Positions 13,401-26,144 of a stretch of 64,000 bases of DNA are shown in pieces. Below the pieces are notes generated by a model. It saw nothing but the letters and a program-made list of their open reading frames with translations. It searched no databases and was not told the DNA's origin. Numbering within the stretch: the stretch's first letter is position 1; the number at the start of each line of letters is the position of its first letter. A program made the translations under genes and the position numbers. This DNA comes from Setoptus koraiensis (Eukaryota > Animalia > Arthropoda). Location of the stretch: NCBI GenBank assembly GCA_048013815.1, contig CM106585.1:1550001-1614000 (forward strand), in the 5' to 3' direction.

Positions 13401-16400
13401 ATCTAATATGTGCACAACTAAATGCAATCGATTCTATCATATTTTTAACACAGTTATGGGGGCAGTGGACGTGCCCAGCATGCTGCCATCATCATTCAAA
13501 GAGCATTCAGAAAATATCAAATCGGCAAGAGATTTCGTATGATCACTGAGCAATTGCGCCAAGCTTCTCAGAGCACTAATCACACAGATAGTAAATTTTT
13601 GCCCGATACAATTACAGCAAGACAAGATGAGAGCAAATTAAATAAAGAGATAGGTATTACAGATATTTTCAAGTCAATGGCAATTCAAAATAGGAAATCA
13701 GCACCTGTTGCAAATGTGAGATCATCAAGTGTTTGTCATGATAGAGATAAAGTGATGTTAGAATCCAAACAAAAGATTCAAGAACAAGTGTTTGGCAATA
13801 GTCATCTTGGAGGTCTTAAAAGCATAATTGAGTGTCTAGGAAGTGGTACTACGAGCAGCGTTACCTTGAGCTCAAATAATTCTAGCGAGGCCATTGTTTT
13901 GTCTTTGTCAAACAAATCAACTTCCGATGACAATCTCATACAGGTGACATCGCAATCCAGTGATAGTGCAAGCTCATCGAGTGTTTCTTCTGTTTCAGTT
14001 GGAGGGGCCATCATAAACGACCATCAAGGTATTAATTTCACAGCGTCATCTTCACTGGCAATTATTTCGGATTTGCCTACTGAATCATGCCAAAGATCAT
14101 CCGAATTGAACGAGAGCTTTCAGCAACAAAAAGTAGAATCTCAACAGCATCAATCATCCGCATCCTCGTCTTCATATTTTTGTTCATCACCATCGTCATC
14201 ATCGTCATTCATGAACAATGAGCAAACAACTGTGATACATCTAACTGATAGTGAAACAATATTACCAAAAAATTCTAATAGTCCATTAGAGAATGCAAGA
14301 GACAATGGAAGAAATGAAGAGCCAACGACAACGACGTCGCTGACAACTGATCAATTGGCTGGAACCAATAATAATGATCAACAACAACATAAACAATTGC
14401 AAACATCACCACCACCGCCTGTCATTTTAAAACACCAACCACCGATTGAGAATTGTAGTCAATTGATTAAGCAAGCAACTACTCAAGCAAGTCATCCAAA
14501 ACAAATGAACCATCAAATTCCTAATCAGCATGTTGTAACTACAGCGATCAATTTTCAACAATTGGAATCTCTCAGGAAAAGACAATACCGTGTTGGACTG
14601 AACATTTTCAATAAGAATCCAGAACGTGGAATTAGCTTTTTGATAGCATATTCATTTATAGATTCTACACCACCAAATTCGAATAGTAAACTATCGACGA
14701 ATTCGTCCACCTACAGGCCACCGCAAACAATTGTTGGTGGTGGTGACAAATCAGGGCAGCAATGTCAGCGTTGTGTCGATGACGAATACCTCAAAAGAAA
14801 TGTAGCCCATTTCCTATTACACCGCAAAGGTCTTGCCAAAGAAAAAATTGGTGATTATTTAGGCAACTTGCAATCTCCATTTAATCAACAAGTGTTGGTC
14901 TATTATTTAGAAGAGTTTGATTTTCAAAATTTGGGCTGCGATATTGCATTGCGTACATTTCTATCTACTTATAGATTGCCCGGCGAGGCGCAAAAGATTG
15001 AAAAAATTGTCGATTGTTTTGCGCAACGTTACGTGCAATGCCAACAAACTAACCAAAACCCGCCTCTAACTAGCTCACCCACAGCATCACATCCCACAAA
15101 TTCACAATCATTTACAGCCAACTGTAATAACGGTCAACAAACAACTCAAATGACCTCTAATGTCCAAGAATTGGACAATAATAGTCAACAACAGTTAGCC
15201 GGCTACAATTGTTCTTGGTTACTTTCTAAAGATGAGATATTCATACTAACTTTTGCCATTATTATGCTCAACACTGATTTGCATTCGCCATCTTTAAAGT
15301 CAACATCACGAATGTCGCCACAACAGTTCGTTCAAAATCTACGCGGTGTCTTTAAATCTCAATTAATAGATCAGCAATACCTGTTGGATATTTATGATCG
15401 TGTCAAAACAAATCAAATCAATACCACCCCTGATCACGTCACACATGTCATGAAGGTTCAACAAGCTTTGGTGCCCTCGTACAACAAAAAAGAAGTGCCC
15501 GTAAGTTTTTTAATTTTTCCTCAACATTCAGCCATACCACTATTCTTTTTTGCAATTACTGCGCCTTAACTACCATGAGACATTTTAGCTCAGTACTCCT
15601 GTTAAACCGGATCTCGCGAATGAACTTGATCCCTCTCCCCCTCTCTCTCTCTCTCTCTCCGCTAGCCCTTAACTTACTTTTCGTGAGTTAACATGAATGA
15701 ATTGAGAAGCGAAATGAAGTTGAGACCAATACAGAGGAAAAGTGTGCGGTTTATCGCAGACTTCAATGATTTTCTCTCCATCATGACTCCTCTTTGATTG
15801 AACGCATGATCTTTCCCTACAACAAGCCGCCGGTTGTAGTCAAGTATCAGCTGAAAACAACTTTTGTAGTTGTACAGAGAGGAATTTGAAGTTTCTATTA
15901 TTTGTTTTGTCACCGCAAAGCTAAAATTTTTCTTCATTTTCTTTGTCATGTAGCTCAACAAGATAGATTTACTTACCTATGCACTATAACTTGGTAACTT
16001 GTTTATCTTTCACAGTCGGCTTGTATGAGATTATTTCTCTGGTTTAAAACGAGAAAATGAGATACAAGGAGAGACTGCGGTTTAGCTAACAAGTTTTCTT
16101 TTAGCACGTGGTTGCAAAGAATACTTAAAACTTTCATTCATTGTGAATGAAAAGAGTCAGTTGTGGTCAGTCGACTGACAAGCATGCATTTTTGATCGCA
16201 AACCACGACCACACTTGTGCTGAATAGATTGCAATCGGTCAAGCGTTACGCAACCATGTTAGGTCATTGTATATAAACAAGAAGCAAGGTTCTCTTTTTT
16301 TTCTCTCTCGCCAGCTTACTGCTACCACCAATCACTTCACTTGATCTCTAAATTGCTCGCAAATATACTCGCGCAAACCTGATTCATCGACTGTGAATAT

Positions 16401-18479
16401 CAACTAACAAGCCTGGATTGCTCGCCAATGAGATCGCTTACCGATTGATTAAAGCAAGACATTCAAACAGAATCGCATGGTACGGTGTCATGACGATGGA
16501 CAATCTCTCTTGTATCTTTTCCTTTGCTTTCCGTCTTACTATACCGTTTTCGTTCACGCGAACTTTACTCACGATACATTCGAACAGATGTTCAAAATTA
16601 ACAAATACATCACATCAACGGTTCACACAATCGCAATGAGACGATGATAGCATGAGGCTCCATACCATTCGTTGTTGCTAGTTGTGTAACGAGTTATAAT
16701 TGAATGGAATTAATTATAGTAATTGCTGGCAAAGTCCAATATTGATTAATGAGATGCTGATTATTATGTTATTCAGATTAATTACACACCGAATCAAGTA
16801 CTACGGGGCGTTGTCTCAATCATCATGACCAGCTTATTAATCTATGTGTTAGTGAGTTGAGATATCAATTTAACTTGGTCATTACTGGTCTAATGAGTTG
16901 TGATCACGGTATTGGGCTTGTTTTACCATCAATGACATGAGTTATGCAAGAAGTTCTCTTTATCCTATCGCATGCACACACTCTCAGCATTCACGTGATC
17001 GGTATATTGAATATCACTTTACTGGCCAGCCGGCCAGTCGTTTTTATCGAGCTTACAGCAATTATCATTGCCTTTTAAAGGTTACTAATTTGCGAGACAA
17101 TCAGCTACTAATAATCATAATTTACTTGTTCCATTTTTCGCCCTCTGTTGCCCTCTAAAACACAGAACGTATGCATTCCTTTTAGGCGACTTGTTTGCTT
17201 CTGTCGCCTCTACGAAGTATACGATATCAATAAAAAAGAACGCGTTGGCCAGCATCAGAGAGAAGTGTTCTTATTCAATGATCTACTATTGGTCACCAAA
17301 TTGGTCAAGTAAGTTACAATTATCACGACGATTGTATTATCTCTATATATTTATATATAAATGGGTGTATATCACTAAACGTAACATTCTTGCTTTGCAT
17401 ATTCCATCTATTGTTTAGGCGTGTCAGATCTAACACAAGTCAGCAATATTCTTACAGGCAATCATATCCGTTGCAAGGGTTGATAGTTTCCTTATATCAA
17501 TCTCAGCGTAAGTATTCCATTAAACTGATGAAATGCATACAATTTATGCAGTTAAGTATACAGATTACAATGTATTGTGGTTATGTTGGTATATTCATTA
17601 TCAATCTTTATTCTCTTGTATGACTATCATCAATATATCTTTCTCTCACTAGATTACAACTTTGGAATTAGATTGTCTCGTCGGGTGGACAATAGTAATG
17701 TGATTTTGTTTAATGCGAGGAACGAACTGGACCAAAGTCGCTTCGTTGATGATCTCAATGAAAGTATAGCCGAAATGGATGAAATGGAAACAATTCGTAT
17801 CAAGAATATAGTGGAAAAATTACATCAACAACAACTACTATTGCAACAACAGCAACAACATCACCATCAACATCACCATCATCATTCCTCTTCTCATTCA
17901 TCACACAATCCTCATCACCTTTACAACTATCATAATCATCACCACCATAATAATAATAACAATGATAATAATCACCATCAAAACCATGACTTAATGATGA
18001 CTAATGGCAATAGCATGGGCTTTGCTAATAACAACAACAACAGCAGCAACCATAACAATATAACCCCTACTATTGCCACTACTAGTACCACTACCACTAT
18101 AAATAGATCAAACTCTTTGTTGGATCTGAAAAGCAGCTCATCTTCCAGCAACAATAATAACAACAGCAACACCAACAACAAAGATCATCTGAAGGCAACG
18201 ATCATTAAATCAAATTGTCTGGATAGTTGTAGAGCAGGTCGAAACTGTAATGTTGCAGTGATGACAGCATCAACATCAGCATCAACAGCAATAGGAGTGT
18301 CTTCACTTATCGGTGTCACTGGATCAGCAACTACAAAGAGTCTGATACTAACCAATAATAATAATAATAGCAGCAGCAACAACAACAACAACGGTAGACG
18401 CTGCTCATCTAGTTCAATTCATTCATTGGATTCAGGTTTATTCCTATCACGAGATGCCTCACCAAATCAATCAACATAA
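7953..18479 (+). CDS. IQSEC: IQSEC/BRAG (schizo/loner-type) Arf guanine-nucleotide exchange factor, ~1303 aa
   Basis: Exons 7953-8188, 11203-11772, 13454-15500, 17166-17308, 17419-17507, 17653-18479 have GT-AG boundaries with consistent phases (sum 3912 nt). They encode an N-terminal coiled coil, [21 protein letters not shown] plus the IQ motif [14 protein letters not shown], a Sec7 domain ([32 protein letters not shown] with the catalytic Glu, [13 protein letters not shown]) and a PH domain ([12 protein letters not shown]...[16 protein letters not shown]...[12 protein letters not shown]). The joining of the first two exons is the least certain part. Confidence 0.9.
10399..10436. repeat. (GA)n microsatellite in IQSEC intron 1
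   Basis: Direct reading of the GA dinucleotide run. Confidence 0.95.
12718..12970. mobile_element. Tc1/mariner-like MITE (~249 bp) in IQSEC intron 2
   Basis: TA|CCGTGTGGAAATCTGCCGATGGCTTTGGCTGTAGTTCA (12720-12757) is an inverted repeat of TGAACTACAGCCAAAGCCATTGGCAGATCTCCACACGG|TA (12931-12968) with 2 mismatches. It is flanked by TA and has no coding capacity. Confidence 0.7.
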
Positions 18480-21240
18480 AAACTTCACACATACACATAT
18501 GTACACCTGCTTTAGACATTTATATATGTATATGGGTGTACTATTGCAAGTTCCATTATTGATGGTGAAACATTGATAGTGCCGAAAGTACAGAAACAGA
18601 AATCAACCGATTCGAAACAACCAACACCATCACAAAACATACACAAACTAATTGGATATCACATTATATAACTTGTTTTTGCTGTTGTTGTTATTAGGTA
18701 ATAGTTACTTAAATACTCTTTGTCATTGTTTATAATTTTCACATACACATACACATACACATAAACGCTCATCATCTCATAGAGAATAACAACAAATGAA
18801 GAAGAATAAAACAATTTATCATCATCAAGACTGATATTTATATATATATATATACAATTGTTGAGAGCAGCTTTAAACTCGCTTCTATTTTATACCTTTA
18901 TCTAACATGATCTCTCCTATAGGTACACAGAAAAAAACAAATAAATTCTACTTCTGTAATCGTGTTGCACACACATCCGCTACATGTGTGATATCATTCT
19001 ATTTGATAATGAGCGAACACTTTCCTCAATGAGTGTCATGACTCAATGGCGGGCTAAATTGACTTTCTCTCGTCGACTTCGGTAAACTTGTAAGTACGTT
19101 CCAGGAACATTGATGAAAATACTTTAATTACTTGCAGTAGCTGGGATTTGTCAGACGCAGAGCACGTGCATTGTACTGATGTTGTGAGCTCAGAGAGAGA
19201 TTAAGCACGGATTAACTCTATTCTGATGTAATCTCGACTATATTAATCAGTGTTTTCCCTTAATGTCACAAATTATCAGCTGCTATTATGCGAAACCCTA
19301 TATTAGTTGGCGTTGCAGGTTAGTTGAATGGTGAAAGCAGCTGAATTTCTTCTATACATGTTGCATCTTCTTTTTGTCATCTGCCTCCAGTTTGGCCACA
19401 ATTGCATGCCACAAAATAGATTACTGAATGATAATCTCCTGCTGAATTGTTGCTAACGATCATGCCACGTAAATGAAAGAACGTGCACTAGTTTCACTTT
19501 GGGCCGGCGCGACAATTGTAATTGTTTGCAAGCTGCTGTAACAACGACAAACATGTAAAACATGTTGTTTTGTTCGGATTTGATTTATTTTCATCGGTTG
19601 AAGAATTCAGATCGCAGATGAGGCAACAAACACGAAGGTCAAGCAGATGGTGTGTGTCTGTGTGCAGGGTCATCCATTGAGCCATCTAATGATCAATTAT
19701 GGCTATTGTGTGTCGCATTTAGAAGTCCGACAAGAGGTACAGGGACAGAAACATCTCTAATAATATCTGCTAATGTGTCGTGCAACAACACTTCTGCATT
19801 AGAGAGCAGGATTTTGCTTGCTTGTTCAATCCATTTCTAAATGGAACTAAGATTCGAACGATGATCATTTTACTTGACGATGTGTAAGGGCAACTCTCAA
19901 GAAGAGTCCTCTCGATTAGTTTCGGTAATTTATTATCGCCAATAGGTTAATTAAGTTACCTTGATTTACACAAACTGAATTAACTTGAAACCGGTGCAAA
20001 CATTTCAGGTCTTCTTTTCCGATCAATCATCAGCATTAGCTTTTACAATTTTGCTTTTGGTACATTCAACATGTTGAACTGTTGTTGCCGAAATTTTATT
20101 AATTAACGCTACAAGTTAATCTGTTGGAGGGTATAGATAAATGGAAAATCGTTAATCAGCATTATGTTAATTCGTCAACTTAACCATCGTCAACTATTTT
20201 AACATATCTGTCTAGCGGCCTGGTAATTGTATCGTCAACTAAATGTGTCAGGAGTAGTTATCACTTTCTAATGATAATTACTCGCTGACTAAATTAAACT
20301 CTTTAAGAGAAGATCATTGAGCACATACACAACACCTAGATAAAAGGTGTCTGTAGTGATGTAATGTTAGTTGGTCTTGTTCCAGTTATGCGATCTCCGT
20401 CTATCTTGTTTGAATGATTAGTGTATGTGATTTACATCACCAAATGAAAAAGTGTACATGGATGGACGAAAGTTTGTAAGTGCTATCATGATAAATGCAA
20501 GACACCGTCAACACATTCCCTTAGACACCGTGTTAACAGTACTTCATGCTCACTAATGAATATGTATTTGAACTCTACTTGATGTATATATTAGAGTAGT
20601 CGGATCGAGAATACAGTTTGAGACGACTTGTATCCGATAACTTATCTAGATACTAGGAATGTATGCATTTTTCCACTTCAAATACATAAATTATTAATCA
20701 TCCGTAGAATTATTTTTAGATTGTTCCTATCCAGGAGTGGACATTCTTGTTGTATTTGTACACTTTGTTGCATTGTATTTCTGGTATTGTGTGGATATCC
20801 ACATGCATCCCGAATGGCATGCAACGACTATCAGCTGATATTAGTTGCAAAGTGCTTTCAACAGGTCCCACCACCAAACCTCAATAAAACCTCAGATGTT
20901 GTGGTAAGGATTTATTTTTGGGACGGGACTTGCTACCGTGCTTATTTAAGATTGTAATAGACCTTCTGATCAGCTATTATTATTCACAAGCTTATGGACT
21001 CACAACCGATTGGAAGGTAAAATAAAGCGCTAATAGCAGCTGATTTTGTGGAGATTTATCGAAAAAAAAACTCGCTTTGGAATATCGACAATTCGAACAA
21101 ATGGAAATCAGGCAAAACTGATGAAAATGGTCTGAACATTTATCTTTTCATAACTTGTCTAGAAATATCAGCACATTGCGTAACCGATCGAATCAACTGT
21201 CCGAATACATGCTATGTAATCACGACATAACGCAAGGCGC

Positions 21241-23532
21241 TTAAGTGTGCTTCTTACTCAAGAAAAGTTTGTAAAACTCGAAAGATTCTTTTGGTTTGTC
21301 TTCGGGAACCTGAAAAGGAAATTAGAATCGATTACAAAAGATAGCTTATTAGTTGATAGATAAAGGAATATGTACCTTTGATTGATTCTAAGTAATGCTG
21401 TACGTACCATATGTCCTGATCCTTTAACTGTCATGTAGACAATACCTTCAAAATGTTTGACATAACCTGCTACTTGATTGTCAACAAACCACGGCTCGTA
21501 CTCCTTAATAACCTTCTGTCCTAGATCATCAACGAACCATTCATCCCCAAAGAAGTTACACACCTAATCGAGGAGCAGTATACAAATGGGAGCAATGTTG
21601 AATCGAATAACTTTTACATAATTCATCTACAAGGAATATTTAGCTGCACTCTTACCATATCGACATCTCCATTATATACCAATAGACGTAACTTTCTCGG
21701 TGAGTTGAGTAGCTTTTTCACTTGTGGAGCCAATCCATCCGGTCTTCCTGGGTACTGCTGTGTGTAAGAAATGACAGAACATATATCCCAATCTTGAACG
21801 AAGTCGGGAATATGGATGGCCTTCCTTACGGATTTTTGATTCACGTACGAGACGGTTAATGATTCGTCAATACAAGGAAGTGGCTCTTTCATATGATGTG
21901 AGGCATTCAAATGTGTTGACTTCAATTTCGTGCTGCCATTCTCATAATCCAAATTCAGCGAATGCAACATCAATTGACGATCTAATTTTTCTCTGACATT
22001 GGCCTTTTTAGATTGTAGGACAGGCAATTCTTCGTTTGTCTCATATCTGTAGAGCGAATCAGCTGCGACTTGATCGAACTGATCAGATTGGACACATTTG
22101 TCGTAGAGATTGTAAGGATTGATACCTGATTGTAGAATGGATTCGACTAGTTGGACAATGACTTTTAAACAACTAGACGAACGCTGGCCACTTAAGTTGC
22201 ATTTACCCCTTGCTGGTGGCGAGCCGTTGCAACAGTGATGAGATAGTTTGTCCCATAGATTTTTACCATACAAACCATGATAGTAGCTGAAGAAAATGAG
22301 TGATTCACCCAATTTGTTGGCATTCAAATAACCATTTCCTATACCAACGCCGGCCAAATTCATTTCTTTGTCGTCGTCAACAAGTACACCTAACGTAGGC
22401 AGATAGACTCCGCCATATGATTCACCCATAAGATAGAGTTCGTTATTTTTGAATTGTGGAAACTTCCTGAAGAAATCCTTTAACGCTTGGTGATTTGATT
22501 TCGCTGTGTCATCATCATTGGTCGTGTAATCTTGGTCTTTTTTGTAGGAGAAACCAACACCGCCTGGGCTGCTCAAAAACAAAACATTGGCAATTTTATT
22601 CCATGCGTAACTATTCAAACTGAGTGACCTGCCATCCTGGTTCACTTTGAACGGACCAAGCTCTGCGAAGAATCCCTCGAGCGAGCTACAACCTAAATGA
22701 CGACAAACGATCAGGTTATCAGTTATCAGGATCAAACCGTCACTTCTCTGGTATGTTTGAATACGTTTCAGAATGTTTACATGAGTGCTAAAGTTATAGA
22801 TAGAGAGAACAAAATCGATTGTTAAAACTACTCAAAATCGGTTCTTATGAGATTCAGATGTCGGAGTTGTCCAGTTTTTAAGTTTTTGCCACTCAATATT
22901 AGTGATCGCGGGAAAGGTAGGCGGGAGGAAGACGTTAAAGGTCCGAGACGGGGAGGGAGAGCTGGCAGTTCCTGTGGGAGAAAATCTCCCCAACTCTCAA
23001 AAATTCATGAATTGACCTTCTAATTCCACATCTCGTTGGAACATGTTATGGTAGAATTCATAGAAAATACTTCATTTTTCGGCTCTCACGACAGAAAAGG
23101 TCGAAATTTGACGTTTTCGGTCGATTCAAATAAAGGTTACAAAACTTATCTAGGTAGGTCTGACCCAAATACGAATTTTCAGAGTTTTGCAATCATCGCA
23201 AAAATTTCGGCGGATAACCGATTTTGTTCTCCCTAGTGACACCCGATCAACTCACCTGGTCCTCCGTTGAGCCAAAGTACCAAAGGATCTTTGCTAGGAT
23301 TAGATTGACTTTCGACGAACCAGTAATGAAAGAAACTATTTGTTTCCTTGCTATCGTCGGCTTTCAAGTATCCTGAATATTGTTTGAAGTTGACTTGATC
23401 GTTTAAACCTGGTAAGTTGGTAATTAGATCATCCTCAGCACTTTTTCGCAGTGATGGCATCGGCTGGATCGCTAGTGCCAATGAAGACACCAGACTGATC
23501 ACAGCCAAAGTTTTTAGCTGCTGAAAAAACAT
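21241..23532 (-). CDS. CTSA: Serine carboxypeptidase S10 (cathepsin A/lysosomal protective protein-like), copy 1, 512 aa
   Basis: Exons 23532-23256, 22692-21656, 21563-21408, 21309-21241. It has a signal peptide, [30 protein letters not shown], catalytic GESYGG (Ser), NGDVDM (Asp) and KGSGHMVP (His). Confidence 0.93.
22801..23235. mobile_element. hAT-like MITE (435 bp) in intron 1 of carboxypeptidase copy 1
   Basis: TIRs TAGAGAGAACAAAATCGATT...AACCGATTTTGTTCTCCCTA. The insert is absent from the homologous intron of copy 2 (AAGTGATAGACACCCG). The degenerate 8-bp target is GTTATAGA on the left and GTGA on the right. Confidence 0.75.
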
Positions 23533-24296
23533 TCGGTTGCTGCTTATCCTGAACTCTTAATTGGATGAAATGTTTCTAGTTTTTATACGGAAGCCGAGCT
23601 ATTCGCGATTTGCTAGAAAGGATACCGTGATCAAAAGGGCGTTTTATAATAATCCGAATCTCTTATCTGATAATTTTCTACAAAACATATGCACCACATA
23701 TGGACTAGCCAATCTAGTGATATATGGGTGTTGTCACCTAAAATATTTTCGATATTGAGATAATGCATTTTTTCCATCATTTTGACAGCATTACAAAAAG
23801 ATGAATTGAATTTTATCTCTGCTGAGATGACGAGAAATATCATCTTACTAGCATGCATGTATTTATTTGTCACTTCAACCACAAACAAGTAGAGCGATCC
23901 GAACTGAATAAAAAGCCACAATTAGTGGCTGAGTGTTAATCATGCTGTTATTGATTATCTTTATGGAAGTCGATGATTAATCAATAAATTTCAATCAATC
24001 AATTACTTCACGAAATTTGTCCACATCTACAGTATTAACAATAACTATCATATCTATCCAGTCACGGTTTGAATCTGACTTATCAATATTCCAGAGCGAA
24101 TTTCGGGGGGCCTTGTCGAAATCAAATTCGCTTTGGAAAGTCGAAGGTTTAAACAAATAGTAATAGGGCAAAACTAACGAAAATGGTCTAAACATGTGCA
24201 TCATAGGTTTTATTCATTCGTGACTCTTGTAGTGCGTAACCGATCGAATTAACTGATCTAAGACATGTGGTGTAATCACGACATAACGCAAGGCGC

Positions 24297-26144
24297 TTAA
24301 GTGTGCTTCTTACTCAAGAAAAGTTTGTAAAACTCGAAAGATTCTTTTGGTTTGTCTTCGGGAACCTGAAAAGGAAATTAGAATCGATGATCGAAGATTG
24401 CTTATTAGTTGATAGATAAAGGAATATGTACCTTTGATTGATTCTAAGTAATGCTGTACGTACCATGTGTCCTGATCCTTTAACTGTCATGTAGACAATA
24501 CCTTCAAAATGTTTGACATAACCTGCTACTTGATTGTCAACAAACCACGGCTCGTACTCCTTAATAACCTTCTGTCCTAGGTCATCAACGAACCATTCGT
24601 CTCCAAAGAAGTTACACATCTTTTTATGTAGAACAAATGAAAGAAATGTTAAATCGAATAACTTTTACATAATTAATCTACAAGGAATATTTAGCTGCAC
24701 TCTTACCATATCGACATCTCCATTATATACCAATAGACGTAACTTTCTCGGTGAGTTAAGTAGCTTTTTCACTTGTGGAGCCAATCCATCCGGTCTTCCT
24801 GGGTACTGTTGTGTGTAAGAAATGATAGAACATATATCCCAATCTTGAACGAAGTCGGGAATATGGATGGCCTTCCTTACGGATTTTTGATTCACGTACG
24901 AGACAGTTGGTGATTCATCAACGCATGGTGGTGTCTCTTTCAAATGATGTGTGGCATTCAAGTGGGTTGACTTCAATTTCGTGCTGCCATTCTCATAATC
25001 CAAATTCAGCGAATGCAACATCAATTGACGATCTAATTTTTCTCTGACATTGGCCTTTCTAGATTGTAAGACAGGCGATTCTTCGTTTGTCTCATATCTG
25101 TAGAGCGAATCGGCATCGATTTGATCGACCTGATCAGCTTGGACACATTTGTCATAAAGATTGTAAGGATTGATGCCTGATGACAGGATGGACTCTGTCA
25201 CTTGAACAATGACTTTTGAACATCCTTGTGAACGCTGGCCATCAAAGTTGCATTTGCCCCTTGCTGGTGGCGAGCCGTTGCAACAGTGATGAGATAGTTT
25301 GTCCCATAGATTTTTACCATACAAACCATGATAGTAGCTGAAGAAAATGAGTGATTCACCCAATTTGTTGGCATTCAAATAACCATTTCCTATACCAACG
25401 CCGGCCAAATTCATTTCTTTGTCGTCGTCAACAAGTACACCTAACGTAGGCAGATAGACTCCGCCATATGATTCACCCATAAGATAGAGTTCGTTATTTT
25501 TGAATTGTGGAAACTTCCTGAAGAAATCCTTTAACGCTTGGTGATTTGATTTCGCTGTGTCATCATCATTGGTCGTGTAATCTTGGTCTTTTTTGTAGGA
25601 GAAACCAACACCGCCTGGGCTGCTCAAAAACAAAACATTGGCAATTTTATTCCATGCGTAACTATTCAAACTGAGTGACCTGCCATCCTGGTTCACTTTG
25701 AACGGACCAAGCTCTGCGAAGAATCCCTCGAGCGAGCTACAACCTAAATGACGACAAACGATCAGGTTATCAGTTATCAGGATCAAACCGTCACTTCTCT
25801 GGTATGTTTGGATACGTTTCAGAATGTTTACACGAGTGCTTAAGTGATAGACACCCGATCAACTCACCTGGTCCTCCGTTGAGCCAAAGTACCAAAGGAT
25901 CTTCGCTAGGATTAGATTGACTTTCGACGAACCAGTAATGAAAGAAACTATTTGTTTCCTTGCTATCGTCGGCTTTCAAGTATCCTGAATATTGTTTGAA
26001 GTTGACTTGATCGTTTAAACCTGGTAAGTTGGTAATTAGATCATCCTCAGCACTTTTTCGCAGTGATGGCATCGGCTGGATCGCTAGTGCCAATGAAGAC
26101 ACCAGACTGATCACAGCCAAAGTTTTTAGCTGCTGAAAAAACAT
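24297..26144 (-). CDS. CTSA: Serine carboxypeptidase S10 (cathepsin A-like), copy 2, 512 aa
   Basis: Exons 26144-25868, 25743-24707, 24619-24464, 24365-24297 have the same lengths as in copy 1, and the triad motifs are intact. Confidence 0.93.
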
